The translations under genes were made by a program, and so were the position numbers. Positions 1 to 9,177 of a stretch of DNA of 35,476 nucleotides are shown piece after piece (within the stretch, counting starts at the first letter, position 1; each line of letters begins with the position of its first letter). The stretch comes from an uncultured Alphaproteobacteria bacterium (lineage in GTDB: Bacteria > Pseudomonadota > Alphaproteobacteria > Rickettsiales > UBA1997), in the NCBI GenBank assembly GCA_903870105.1, contig CAIQBQ010000108.1, positions 1 to 35,476 on the forward strand. Reading direction: 5' to 3'. The notes below the pieces were generated by a model, which made no database searches, had not been told where the DNA came from, and saw nothing but the letters and a program-made list of their open reading frames with translations.

Positions 1-794
1 TTAAAAATTTCCGGACGCGCTTCGTCAAAAGTGATTATTGGCAAAGAATCTGTTTTTGCTTTTTTAACTTTTTTTACGATTTCTTCCGCTGAATCGGTAA
101 GATTAATTCGTGATAAATCCGATTCATCCGACTTGCTCATTTTTCTTGTTCCATCTTGTAGAGACATGATGCGCTTGACTCCAGACACAATCATCGGATC
201 AGGTAGCTTAAAATATTCACAAGCAAAACGACGATTAAATGCGCCGGCAATGTCGCGAGTTAATTCAAGATGTTGTTTTTGATCTTCGCCAACTGGAACT
301 AAATCTGCTTTGTAGAGAAGGATGTCGGCGGCCATTAAGACCGGGTAAGAGTAGAGTCCAAGATAAGATGAGCCAGTTTCTGCATAAAATTTAAAATCTT
401 CCTGACTCAATTCTTTCGAGTGGTCGTATGCATCACCTATCCTTTCACGAGGGGTCTTGGATTTTTCTTTAAACTGCGTCATCCGATTCAACCAACCCAT
501 TGGTGTCAAAGTGCCAAGAACCCAGGCCAATTCAGCATGTTCAGCCACTTCACCTTGTACAAAAAGTGTAGTTTTTGCCGGATCCAATCCGCAGGCCAAA
601 TAAACAGCGGCAGCGTCTAAAATATTTTGACGAAGCACTTTTGGATCTTGGGGCAGGGTGATTGCGTGCAAATTCATGATGCCGAAAATGCAGTGATGCG
701 TTTCTTGCAAGTCAATCCAGTTGCGGATTGCGCCAAGATAATTTCCGAGATGAAGATTGCCGGTTGGCTGGATTCCAGAGAAGACGGTTTTCAT
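1..794 (-). CDS. trpS: tryptophanyl-tRNA synthetase (3' end outside the window; missing from the ORF track)
   Basis: Reverse-strand translation from CAT at 792-794 gives MKTVFSGIQPTGNLHLGNYLGA (HIGH-like), YPVLMAADILLY, VPVGEDQKQHLELTRDIA and KKMSKS (KMSKS). Confidence 0.97.
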   Translation of the reverse strand, partial: MKTVFSGIQPTGNLHLGNYLGAIRNWIDLQETHHCIFGIMNLHAITLPQDPKVLRQNILDAAAVYLACGLDPAKTTLFVQGEVAEHAELAWVLGTLTPMGWLNRMTQFKEKSKTPRERIGDAYDHSKELSQEDFKFYAETGSSYLGLYSYPVLMAADILLYKADLVPVGEDQKQHLELTRDIAGAFNRRFACEYFKLPDPMIVSGVKRIMSLQDGTRKMSKSDESDLSRINLTDSAEEIVKKVKKAKTDSLPIITFDEARPEIF

Positions 795-806
795 TTTTAA
801 GTCAGT

Positions 807-897
807 TGTCATTCCCGCGAAGGCGGGAATCCAGAAAATTAAACGATCTGAGTTTATTGGAAGTGAGCACTGAATCCCCGCCTTCGTGAGGATGACA
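807..897. repeat. palindromic element, GTCATTCCCGCGAAGGCGGGAATCCAG type (Rickettsia RPE / CGTC-REP-like)
   Basis: TGTCATTCCCGCGAAGGCGGGAATCCAG ... CTGAATCCCCGCCTTCGTGAGGATGACA form imperfect terminal inverted arms. The left arm is itself a hairpin. Confidence 0.85.
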
Positions 898-941
898 GGG
901 AAGGTTGTCTTTAAAGGCGGCGCAACTTACGGTCGCGATCT

Positions 942-1344
942 TGTAAGGCAAGCGGGTGATCGCTGGTTTTAATTTGGAAACAGATTTGAAAATCAGAGGA
1001 AAGTCCGGACTCCACGAGAGAATGATACCAGCTAACGGCTGGCCACGTCGGTTCGAATAAAATAGGACAGTTGAGGGAAAGTGTCACAGAGAATATACCG
1101 CTAAGTCGCAAGACCAGTAAGGATGAAAACGCGAGGTAAGAGCTCACGCGCTTGTGTGGTAACACACATTTGGAAAAACCCTATCTGGAGCAAAGTCAAA
1201 TAGGAATGGCTGGGCTTTAATGCTCAAGTGCGCTCTCGCACTGCTATTCGGGTAGACTGCTTGAGCCTAGTGGCAACGCTAGGCCTAGATGAATGATCAC
1301 CACCCGGCAACGGGCACAGGATCCGGCTTACAGCTTGCCTTACA
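942..1344 (+). ncRNA. rnpB: RNase P RNA (bacterial class A)
   Basis: P1 helix TGTAAGGCAAGC/GCTTGCCTTACA. Conserved motifs GAGGAAAGTCCGG, GAAAGTGTCACAGA, GGTAAGAGC, GGAGCAA, TAGATGAATGA and ACAGGATCCGGCTTA. Confidence 0.97.
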
Positions 1345-1349
1345 TTTTT

Positions 1350-1775
1350 TTATTGAGTCAGCGAAGAGATAAAAAATCGCACAACTTGAATCTTGTCTTC
1401 TTTAGCAAATTCAATTTCTAAATCTTCTTTTTCACGCTTTAATTTAACCGAATTTTCGTCATTTTCAGATACTCTCCATCCCATTTCGGGCAAGGTTTTT
1501 AAGTAAAAAAATTTAACTTGTTTTGGCTCAAGATTTGTCGAGTAACTAGATGTAATTATGCTGCCAGAAGCTGAATCAAATCCTAAAGCGCCGTCGTAAA
1601 TTTTTTCCATTCCAACTAAAAGAGGAATGTCTTCACTGCCTTGCACAAAGTCTTCAGAGGCAAGAGGCTCTTCGACTGAATTGTGAGTTTCTTGCTGAAA
1701 TTTCTTCTCTAATTTTGGCGAATCAATGCAGGAAAAAAGTAAAAAAAATGGAACGAGAAGAAGAATTTTTTTCAT
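1350..1775 (-). CDS. hypothetical lipoprotein
   Basis: MKKILLLVPFFLLFSC is a lipoprotein signal peptide. The second Met of ORF 1350..1790 is taken as the start. Confidence 0.75.
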   Translation of the reverse strand: MKKILLLVPFFLLFSCIDSPKLEKKFQQETHNSVEEPLASEDFVQGSEDIPLLVGMEKIYDGALGFDSASGSIITSSYSTNLEPKQVKFFYLKTLPEMGWRVSENDENSVKLKREKEDLEIEFAKEDKIQVVRFFISSLTQ

Positions 1776-1777
1776 TA

Positions 1778-2590
1778 TCACTTTTGACATTGGTTGCAGA
1801 AAAAGCTGGAGCGGCCGTTTTGCACGATTCTTTGGATCAGGTTTTTACATTGCAAACATTTTCCCTTGGCGCGTCCGTAAACTTTAAATCCGTCCTGAAA
1901 TTTTCCGGAATTTCCGTGTGAGTCAATGTAATCAGAAATTGACGAGCCCCCGGCCTTAATGGCCGCTTTGATTATTTTTTTTATTGAGGAGATTAGTTTT
2001 TCGATTTCGTTTTTTGCGAGCGAATCAGAATTGCGTAGCGGAGAAATTCCAGAATCGAAGAGAGATTCATTAGCGTAAATATTGCCAACACCTACAACCA
2101 CATGGTTGTCCATGATCGTGTTTTTGATATTGGTTTTTTTGCTGCGTAATTTTTTGGCGAAGTCGGTAAAATTAAATTCTTTCTCGAGTGGCTCTGGTCC
2201 TAGCTTTACAAGCATTTTATGTTTTAAGAGATCTTTAGTTTTTACCAAATCAACAAACCCAAAACGACGTGGATCGTTAAAAACTAACCAAGTTCCGTCA
2301 GTAAATTCATGGGCGAAGTGATCGTGTTTTAACTTAGAAAATTCTTGCTCGATAGTAATTCTTCCGCTCATTCCCAGATGAATAATCAGGCTTAAATCAT
2401 TGCTCAGATTAATAATTAAGTAACGTGCGCGGCGAAAAATTTCTGAAATCTTTGCACCTTTTAAGGCTTGAAAATCAAGGCTGGTTTCTAATCTTAGTTT
2501 CTTTTCGGAGCGAAAAATTTTCGTGATTTTCTTTCCGACAATATTTTCTAATCCGCGACGGATCGTTTCTACTTCAGGCAATTCAGGCAT
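1778..2590 (-). CDS. mutM: formamidopyrimidine-DNA glycosylase / AP lyase
   Basis: N-terminal MPELPEVE (the catalytic Pro fixes the start at 2590), [21 protein letters not shown], and a C-terminal C4 zinc finger. Confidence 0.97.
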   Translation of the reverse strand: MPELPEVETIRRGLENIVGKKITKIFRSEKKLRLETSLDFQALKGAKISEIFRRARYLIINLSNDLSLIIHLGMSGRITIEQEFSKLKHDHFAHEFTDGTWLVFNDPRRFGFVDLVKTKDLLKHKMLVKLGPEPLEKEFNFTDFAKKLRSKKTNIKNTIMDNHVVVGVGNIYANESLFDSGISPLRNSDSLAKNEIEKLISSIKKIIKAAIKAGGSSISDYIDSHGNSGKFQDGFKVYGRAKGKCLQCKNLIQRIVQNGRSSFFCNQCQK

Positions 2591-3256
2591 ATGAGTCACA
2601 AACTTACTCTTCCAACTAGCGCGACAGATAATCGCGTTTTACTTCACAGCTGCTGCGCACCTTGCGCAGGAGACTTGATGGAGCGAATGAAAGAATCGGG
2701 AATTGAGGTTACGATTTTTTTCTACAATCCGAATATTCATCCAAAAAAGGAATATGAAATTCGTAAAGAAGAGAACATTCGTTTCGCTGAAAAACTTGGA
2801 ATGCCATTTATTGATGCGGATTACGATGTGCAAAATTGGTTCAAGCGCGCCAAGGGCTTAGAATGGGCGCCAGAAAAAGGAGAGCGCTGCACAAAATGTT
2901 TCGACATGCGCTTCGAGCGCACCGCGCTTTATGCTTTTGAAAATGGCTTTACGACAATTAGTTCGTCGCTCGGAATTTCGCGCTGGAAAGATATGAATCA
3001 AATTAACGAATGCGGAATTCGCGCGGCAAAAAATTACGAAGGTATTTCTTATTGGACTTACAATTGGCGCAAAGAAGGTGGGGGAGCCCGCATGTATGAA
3101 ATTGCTAAGCGCGAAGAATTTTACAAACAGGAATATTGCGGTTGTATTTTTTCCCTTCGCGATTCAAACGCCTGGCGCGTAAAAAATGGTCGTGAAGAAA
3201 TTAAAATCGGCGAAGAATTTTACCGCGATATTTTAGCAAACCAATCAACTAACTAA
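2591..3256 (+). CDS. queH: epoxyqueuosine reductase QueH (DUF208)
   Basis: [28 protein letters not shown] and YKQEYCGC motifs. Confidence 0.93.
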   Translation: MSHKLTLPTSATDNRVLLHSCCAPCAGDLMERMKESGIEVTIFFYNPNIHPKKEYEIRKEENIRFAEKLGMPFIDADYDVQNWFKRAKGLEWAPEKGERCTKCFDMRFERTALYAFENGFTTISSSLGISRWKDMNQINECGIRAAKNYEGISYWTYNWRKEGGGARMYEIAKREEFYKQEYCGCIFSLRDSNAWRVKNGREEIKIGEEFYRDILANQSTN

Positions 3257-3260
3257 TTTT

Positions 3261-4301
3261 ATGAAACTTCTAAAAATTATTTCTCTTTTTGTGTTTTTGT
3301 CTTGTTCGGCACAGGCAAAAAATGTGGTGATTCTTGCCACTGGCGGAACTATCGCCGGAGCTGGCGATTCATGTGTTGGTTCAAAATATGCGCCGGGAAA
3401 AGTTGGTATTGATCAAGTCGTAAAAAACATTCCAGGGCTTAATAAGCTCGCCGATATTCAAGTTGAGCAAGTTATGCAAATTGCGAGCCAAGACATGAAT
3501 AATGAGGTATGGTTAAATATTGCAAAAAGAGTAAATGAGCTTCTTGCGCAGAGCTCGGTACAAGGTTTGGTTATTACTCACGGCACTGACACTCTCGAAG
3601 AAACGGCATATTTTTTGAATCTTGTTGTGAAGAGTAAAAAGCCGGTGGTGCTAGTTGGCGCAATGCGTCCTTCGACTTCACTTAGTTCAGATGGTGCGTT
3701 AAATCTTTACAATGCAGTTGCTCTTGCCGCTTCAAAAGATGCTTACGACAAGGGTGTTTTGGTAATGTTTAACGACGAAATTTTTGCCGCACGCGACGTG
3801 GCAAAAACCAACACAACAAATGTTTCGTCATTCAAAGCGCTTAATTCTGGCATGATTGGAACGGTGCTTTACGGCGCAGTAAAATTTTACTACAGCCCAC
3901 TTCGCGCTCATACTAATCAGACAGTTTTTGATGTTAGAAAAACAGAATCTTTGCCGAAGGTTGAAATCATTTACGCTCACGCTGGTGTTGATGTTAGCGT
4001 GATTGATTACTTAGTTGAATCAGGAGCGAAAGGAATAATTTTAGCGGGAGTTGGCGATGGAAATATCAGTAAACTCGGAGTAGAAAAACTTGCGGCAGCG
4101 GCAAAAAAAGGAGTGTTAATTGTGCGCAGCTCGCACCTTGGTTCTGGTTTAGTTGAGCCTAATGTTGAGATCGAAGACGATAGCCTGGGTTTTATAACAG
4201 CGGATAATCTGAGTCCGCAAAAGGCAAGAATTCTGGCGATGTTAGCGCTGACTAAGACTAATGATGTGAAGAAGGCGAGGGGGATGTTTGCTAAATATTA
4301 G
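3261..4301 (+). CDS. ansB: periplasmic type II L-asparaginase / glutaminase-asparaginase
   Basis: Signal peptide. Catalytic motifs ATGGTIAG and HGTDTLEET, plus GAMRP and L.PQKARIL. Confidence 0.93.
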   Translation: MKLLKIISLFVFLSCSAQAKNVVILATGGTIAGAGDSCVGSKYAPGKVGIDQVVKNIPGLNKLADIQVEQVMQIASQDMNNEVWLNIAKRVNELLAQSSVQGLVITHGTDTLEETAYFLNLVVKSKKPVVLVGAMRPSTSLSSDGALNLYNAVALAASKDAYDKGVLVMFNDEIFAARDVAKTNTTNVSSFKALNSGMIGTVLYGAVKFYYSPLRAHTNQTVFDVRKTESLPKVEIIYAHAGVDVSVIDYLVESGAKGIILAGVGDGNISKLGVEKLAAAAKKGVLIVRSSHLGSGLVEPNVEIEDDSLGFITADNLSPQKARILAMLALTKTNDVKKARGMFAKY

Positions 4302-4334
4302 GCAAATCAACCAAAGTAAATTCTTGATAAGTAT

Positions 4335-4409
4335 TGGAGCGGGCGAAGGGATTCGAATCCTCGACATTCACCTTGGCAAGGTGACACTCTACCACTGAGC
4401 TACGCCCGC
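4335..4409 (-). tRNA. tRNA-Gly(GCC)
   Basis: Reverse complement GCGGGCGTAGCTCAGTGGTAGAG...CACCT TGCCA AGGTG...CGCCCGCTCCA, 75 nt with encoded CCA. Confidence 0.96.
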
Positions 4410-4531
4410 ATACTTATTTCCCTAATGAAAGGGTCGTGCAACGTAGGGACGAGGAAAATAATTTGCAAATGGCGAAGTCATAAATAGTTTCAATCGGCTT
4501 TCTAGCCTTTATTTTCAAGCTCTCGTTCAAT

Positions 4532-5134
4532 ATGAAAATTTTCAAAATTCGCTACATTCTTCTTTTGGCATTGCTTACATCTTGTGTTGAAACCGTAGTT
4601 ATTGGTTCAATTGGAGGTGGAGTTTTAGCGTCGCGCGAGAAAACCATGCAAGACACACGCAGCGACGTCATGATTGCTGTGACGCTTAGTGCAGACTTCA
4701 TTAGTCATGGTTTAAAAATGCCAGGAAACTCAGTAAATTTTACTGTTAATGAAGGCAGAGTATTGCTTACCGGCATCGTTCGCGATCCACAAAAAGCTAA
4801 AATCGCACAAGATATTTCTTGGATGGTAATGGGTGTGAAAGAAGTAATTGACGAGATTCAGCCGCATGAAGAGGGAATGTTTTTTAAAGACTTTTCTTCC
4901 GCTTTTCGTGATTACTTAATCAGTGCCAAAGTAGAGTCGAAGCTACTAATGACGCGCGATGTGATCTGGCCAAATTATAAAATTACCACAGTGGGAAGTA
5001 CGGTTTATTTGCTTGGCGTAGCGGTTAATGATTTTGAAATGCAACGAGTGCTGACAATTGTTTCTAAGGTTTACGGTGTTGAGAAAGTTGTTAATCACGT
5101 GCTATTAAGAGATGATCAAAGAAGACGCGGATAA
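4532..5134 (+). CDS. dual BON-domain lipoprotein (DolP/YraP/OsmY family)
   Basis: Lipobox LLTSC. EGRVLLTG, GVKEVIDEI, VYLLG and GVEKVVN are BON motifs. Confidence 0.9.
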   Translation: MKIFKIRYILLLALLTSCVETVVIGSIGGGVLASREKTMQDTRSDVMIAVTLSADFISHGLKMPGNSVNFTVNEGRVLLTGIVRDPQKAKIAQDISWMVMGVKEVIDEIQPHEEGMFFKDFSSAFRDYLISAKVESKLLMTRDVIWPNYKITTVGSTVYLLGVAVNDFEMQRVLTIVSKVYGVEKVVNHVLLRDDQRRRG

Positions 5135-6494
5135 CAAAATTATTACTTTCGGTTGTCGCTTAAATTCTTACGAATCTGAAGCAATCAAAGAAGCTCTAAA
5201 AAAAACTGATCAGAAAAATCTTTTAGTTTTTAATTCTTGCGCAGTAACCGCAGAAGCTGAGCGCGAGCTTCGTTCTGCCGTGCGTCGTGCTAAGCGCGAC
5301 AATCCTGATGTTAGAATTGTTGTAACTGGTTGTGCCGCCCAAATAGATCCAGAAAAATACGCGAAAATGGCAGAAGTGGATTTGGTTTTGGGTAATGCAG
5401 AAAAGTCGAATTCAGAAAGCTATAATTTCTCCAACACCCTTCCGCCGGTTGAGCGCAGTCGAAACCAAGGACGAAGTCACGATTCCGACATCGCCCACAA
5501 AGATCAAATTTTCTTCGCCGCAAAAAAATCTGCACAAATTTTTCTAACCCCCAACGAGACCTCTAAAATCAAGGTCAATGACATCATGTCCGTGCGCGAC
5601 ACAGCTCCGCAACTTGTCTCTTATTTTGAAAATAGAACCCGCGCTTTCCTCGAAATTCAGAATGGTTGTAATCACCGCTGCACTTTTTGCGTAATACCGT
5701 TTGGCCGTGGAAATAGCCGCTCAGTGGCATTTGGTGAAATAGTTTCGCAAGTAAAAAAAATGGTCGCCGCAGGTCACCAGGAAGTAGTTTTTACCGGCGT
5801 AGATATTTCTGGTTACGGCGAAGATTTGGCAGTGCCGATTACTTTATCGAGCATGATTAAGCGTTTGCTCAAGCTGGTTCCTGAGCTTCCACGTTTGCGA
5901 CTTTCTTCAATCGATGTCGCTGAAATTGACGACAAAAATACTGGGGAATTTTTTGAAATTTTGCGCGATGAACCGCGTTTTATGCCTTATTTGCATCTCA
6001 GTGTTCAGTCGGGAGATGACGTGATTTTGAAGCGAATGAAGCGTCGTCATAATCGCCAACAAGTTTTAGATTTTTGTGCTAAGGCGCGCCAAATCAGGCC
6101 AGAAATCACTTTTGGCGCTGACATCATTGCTGGTTTTCCAACTGAAACCGACGAGATGTTTCAAAATTCTGTGCGCTTAATTGAAGAAGCTGGAATTATT
6201 TTTACTCATATTTTTCCTTATTCAAAACGCGATGGAACCCCAGCTGCCAAGATGCCGCAGGTTAATGGAAAAATAATTAAAGAGCGCGGGAAAATTTTGC
6301 GCGAGACCGGAGTGCGTGAATTACAGAAATTTTTAGCCAAGCAAATTGGCAAAAATTTAAGTGTAATTTTAGAGAAAGATGGATTCGGAAAATCAGAAAA
6401 TTTTCTCGACGTAAAAATCTCACGCGGAAAATCTGGAGAGATCGTTAGAGTCAAAGCTGAAGGGGTCGAAGAGAATTATTTGATTGGAGAATAA
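5112..6494 (+). CDS. mtaB: tRNA t6A methylthiotransferase (radical SAM) with internal insertion
   Basis: TFGCRLNSYES, NSCAVT, QNGCNHRCTFC (CxxxCxxC), RLRLSS, HLSVQSG and ADIIAGFPTET. Confidence 0.93.
   Translation: MIKEDADNKIITFGCRLNSYESEAIKEALKKTDQKNLLVFNSCAVTAEAERELRSAVRRAKRDNPDVRIVVTGCAAQIDPEKYAKMAEVDLVLGNAEKSNSESYNFSNTLPPVERSRNQGRSHDSDIAHKDQIFFAAKKSAQIFLTPNETSKIKVNDIMSVRDTAPQLVSYFENRTRAFLEIQNGCNHRCTFCVIPFGRGNSRSVAFGEIVSQVKKMVAAGHQEVVFTGVDISGYGEDLAVPITLSSMIKRLLKLVPELPRLRLSSIDVAEIDDKNTGEFFEILRDEPRFMPYLHLSVQSGDDVILKRMKRRHNRQQVLDFCAKARQIRPEITFGADIIAGFPTETDEMFQNSVRLIEEAGIIFTHIFPYSKRDGTPAAKMPQVNGKIIKERGKILRETGVRELQKFLAKQIGKNLSVILEKDGFGKSENFLDVKISRGKSGEIVRVKAEGVEENYLIGE
5437..5500. repeat. intragenic copy of the right-end palindromic element, in frame within mtaB
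   Basis: 5442-5470 matches the left arm at 34986-35014 at 27/29 nt. 5481-5498 matches the right-arm core at 13/18 nt. Confidence 0.88.
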
Positions 6495-6682
6495 ATAAAA
6501 ATTTTGCCTTGATTTTCTACTCTGGTACAAAATTTGCCTAATATCTCAAGAGATCAATCAGAGGGCTATTTTCAATTCACGTGTTTCGGGCATGAACTTG
6601 TGAATTGAGTAGAATAATTCATCTAATTCATGAGGTCATGATTTTGTGAGCAGAAAACACTAATTGGTTTTAGTTGCGCTTG

Positions 6683-7411
6683 CTAATGCACTGCCACATT
6701 ACTATTTGAAACGGCTGACGCATCTTTAATCTCTAAATTTTTTGGTGGATTTTTTTCTAATTCGCGGCGTGCTTTTTCGAAATCTTTTTGGAATTGTTTA
6801 TTTTGCATTAAGCCACCAAGAACAATCCGCGAGAGTTGTTCTCCGGCGACAATGTCGTGCGGGTAATGCATTCCAACCAGTACTCTTCTTTGAGCAATTT
6901 TTTTAGCGAGTTTTTGTAGGTCAGAAGATTTTTGTGGAATAAGTAGTCCGATGATTTGTGCGCTAACCGAACCATTGCTTGCATGTCCACTTGGATATGA
7001 CGGGCCTTGGCTTGGAGTGATCAACATATTAACTTTTTTGTCGATGTAAGGACGAGTAATGTTCCAGTGTTCTTTAACATTATCATTTGCCGCTTTTGTT
7101 GTTGCAGAGGTGCGGTCAAGCAATTGGTAAAGGTGAGGATAAGACTCTCTTGTTAATGAACGATCGGCGTACAAAACAAAAATTTCTGGGCGAAGATATT
7201 TTTCACGCGAAGCCAATTCCAATTCGTTGAGATTGAAATTTTTTTGGAGCTTAATGATTTGTTGAATATCATCTTGTTGCTCTTTGCTATTATCTGCAAA
7301 AGGTGGCTCAATCAGGGTTGGTGGAATTGAATTACCTGCGAAATATTTTTCTGTTGTTGCGCTGCAGGCCGAAAGAATTAGAAAAAAGAGCGCAAAAATT
7401 TGATGCTTCAT
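6683..7411 (-). CDS. PAP2-family (class A) acid phosphatase, lipoprotein
   Basis: K.HW..TRP, SYPSGH and RRVLVGMHYPHD are phosphatase motifs. Lipobox LSAC. Confidence 0.92.
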   Translation of the reverse strand: MKHQIFALFFLILSACSATTEKYFAGNSIPPTLIEPPFADNSKEQQDDIQQIIKLQKNFNLNELELASREKYLRPEIFVLYADRSLTRESYPHLYQLLDRTSATTKAANDNVKEHWNITRPYIDKKVNMLITPSQGPSYPSGHASNGSVSAQIIGLLIPQKSSDLQKLAKKIAQRRVLVGMHYPHDIVAGEQLSRIVLGGLMQNKQFQKDFEKARRELEKNPPKNLEIKDASAVSNSNVAVH

Positions 7412-7435
7412 TTGAGAAAAATTTGATTTTAAAAC

Positions 7436-7897
7436 ATGACAAAACAGAAAAACAAAAATCGCAAACGAACTTTGTCACGCTTAATTGCGGTGCAAGTTTT
7501 GTATCAGTATGATTACCACTTAGAAAAAAAATCTTACGAGGAGATTAAGAAAGATTTAATCGAAAATTACATTTTAAATTCTGATGACGAAATTTCTTCT
7601 TACCAAGATGAAATTGATGCAATTTTTTTGGATAAGTTGATTGCGGCGCCGCAAATGTTTGTGGAAATTGATCAAGAACTTTCAGCTTTTTTGCAAAAGG
7701 GTTGGAGTTTGGGCTCGGTCGACAAAGTAATATTGCAGATTCTGCGTCTTGCAGTTTTTGAATTGCAGATGTTGAAAGATATTCCGCCGAAGGTTGTGGT
7801 TGATGAATATGTCGGCATTGCAGCAAGTTTTTTTGATCAGAAAAAAGTTACCTTTGTTAACGCCATTTTGGATAAATTTTTAGATAAATTGAAATGA
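7436..7897 (+). CDS. nusB: transcription antitermination factor NusB
   Basis: R..SRL.AVQ.LYQ, ILRLAVFEL, P.KVVVDEYV and FVNAILD. Confidence 0.95.
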   Translation: MTKQKNKNRKRTLSRLIAVQVLYQYDYHLEKKSYEEIKKDLIENYILNSDDEISSYQDEIDAIFLDKLIAAPQMFVEIDQELSAFLQKGWSLGSVDKVILQILRLAVFELQMLKDIPPKVVVDEYVGIAASFFDQKKVTFVNAILDKFLDKLK

Positions 7898-9177
7898 AAT
7901 TTCTGAGTTACAAAAAGCAAAAAAAGCAAGATTCCCTTTTCATCGAAGATGTTACCATCTCAGATATTTCTAATACTGTCGGCACTCCATTTTATTGCTA
8001 TTCACGAAAGAATTTAGTGGAAAATTTTCGGAATTTTTCTGATGCATTCATGCGGGCAGGAATTTCTCAAGAAGGAAGTTTTGGTTATAAAATTTGCTAC
8101 GCGATCAAGGCCAATTTTAACATTCATCTCGTAAAGATTTTAGCCGAGCTAGGATCTGGAATTGACGCGGTTTCAGCTGGGGAGGTTTTTCGCGCAATCA
8201 GAGCGGGGGTTAGTCCGAAAAAAATTGTTTTCGCCGGAGTTGGCAAAACGCGCGAAGAAATTTCTTACGCTTTGAAAAATGGTGTTGAGGAATTTTCGGT
8301 TGAGTCTGTGCCGGAAATGTTTTTGTTAAGTGAGGTGGCTGTAAGCTTGAAGAAAAAGGCAAAATTTTCTCTGCGTGTTAATCCGAATGTTGACGCCGGA
8401 ACTCATGACAAAATTTCTACGGGCAGAAAGGGTGACAAATTTGGCGTGGATATTGAGTTGGCGGAAGAGGTTTATGCGAAAGCGGCAAAGCTGCCAGGTC
8501 TTGAGATTCATGGTATAGCAATGCATATTGGTTCGCAGATCACCACAATTGAGCCATTCACTGCTGCTTTCAAAAAATTGCGCGAATTGTGTTTAACGCT
8601 GCGCAAAAATGGTCACAAAATTTCCGCTCTCGATTTCGGCGGCGGCATCGGAATTCTCTATAAAAATGAGACTACACTTTTGATTCAAGATTACGTAGAT
8701 CTGATCAAAGAAATCACCACAGACCTAAAAGTTAAAATCACTATCGCGCCAGGCAGGGCTCTGGTTGGCAGCGCAGGAATTCTAGTAAGTAAAATTATTT
8801 TCCTTAAAGAGACTTCGGTAAAAAATTTTGCGATTATTGACGCGGCGATGAATGATTTAATGCGTCCGGGGCTTTACGGTTCTTACCACGAAATTCTTCC
8901 GGTGATTAAAAAATCTGGCACGAAATCTAATTACGATTTGGCCGGTCCGATTTGCGAAACGACAGATGTGCTCGCACAAAATCGTGAATTAATTGACCCA
9001 AGATCGGACGACTTATTAGCTTTCATTAGTGCTGGCGCTTACGGCTCATCAATGTCTAACGAGTATAACTGTCGCCCGCTTATCCCAGAAGTTTTGGTGG
9101 ATGGAAATAGTTTTAAGGTGATTCGTCGTCGTCCAAGTTTTGAAGAAATGTTACATTTAGAGGTGGAAGATGAGTAA
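7894..9177 (+). CDS. lysA: diaminopimelate decarboxylase
   Basis: YAIKAN (PLP Lys), HIGSQ, DFGGG, GPICETTD and GAYGSSMS. Confidence 0.96.
   Translation: MKFLSYKKQKKQDSLFIEDVTISDISNTVGTPFYCYSRKNLVENFRNFSDAFMRAGISQEGSFGYKICYAIKANFNIHLVKILAELGSGIDAVSAGEVFRAIRAGVSPKKIVFAGVGKTREEISYALKNGVEEFSVESVPEMFLLSEVAVSLKKKAKFSLRVNPNVDAGTHDKISTGRKGDKFGVDIELAEEVYAKAAKLPGLEIHGIAMHIGSQITTIEPFTAAFKKLRELCLTLRKNGHKISALDFGGGIGILYKNETTLLIQDYVDLIKEITTDLKVKITIAPGRALVGSAGILVSKIIFLKETSVKNFAIIDAAMNDLMRPGLYGSYHEILPVIKKSGTKSNYDLAGPICETTDVLAQNRELIDPRSDDLLAFISAGAYGSSMSNEYNCRPLIPEVLVDGNSFKVIRRRPSFEEMLHLEVEDE

Noticed and set aside
31-620. Plus-strand ORFs 31..282 and 420..620
   Set aside because: They are antisense shadows of trpS.
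911-1165. 84-aa minus-strand ORF
   Set aside because: It is antisense to the RNase P RNA gene.
2591-2599. mutM start at 2599 as given in the ORF track
   Set aside because: The catalytic Pro must be residue 2, so the start is 2590.
6572-6608. Hairpin TCAATTCAC...GTGAATTGA between convergent mtaB and the phosphatase gene
   Set aside because: It may be a terminator-like structure, but the stem is AT-rich and there is no evidence for an ncRNA or a repeat family.
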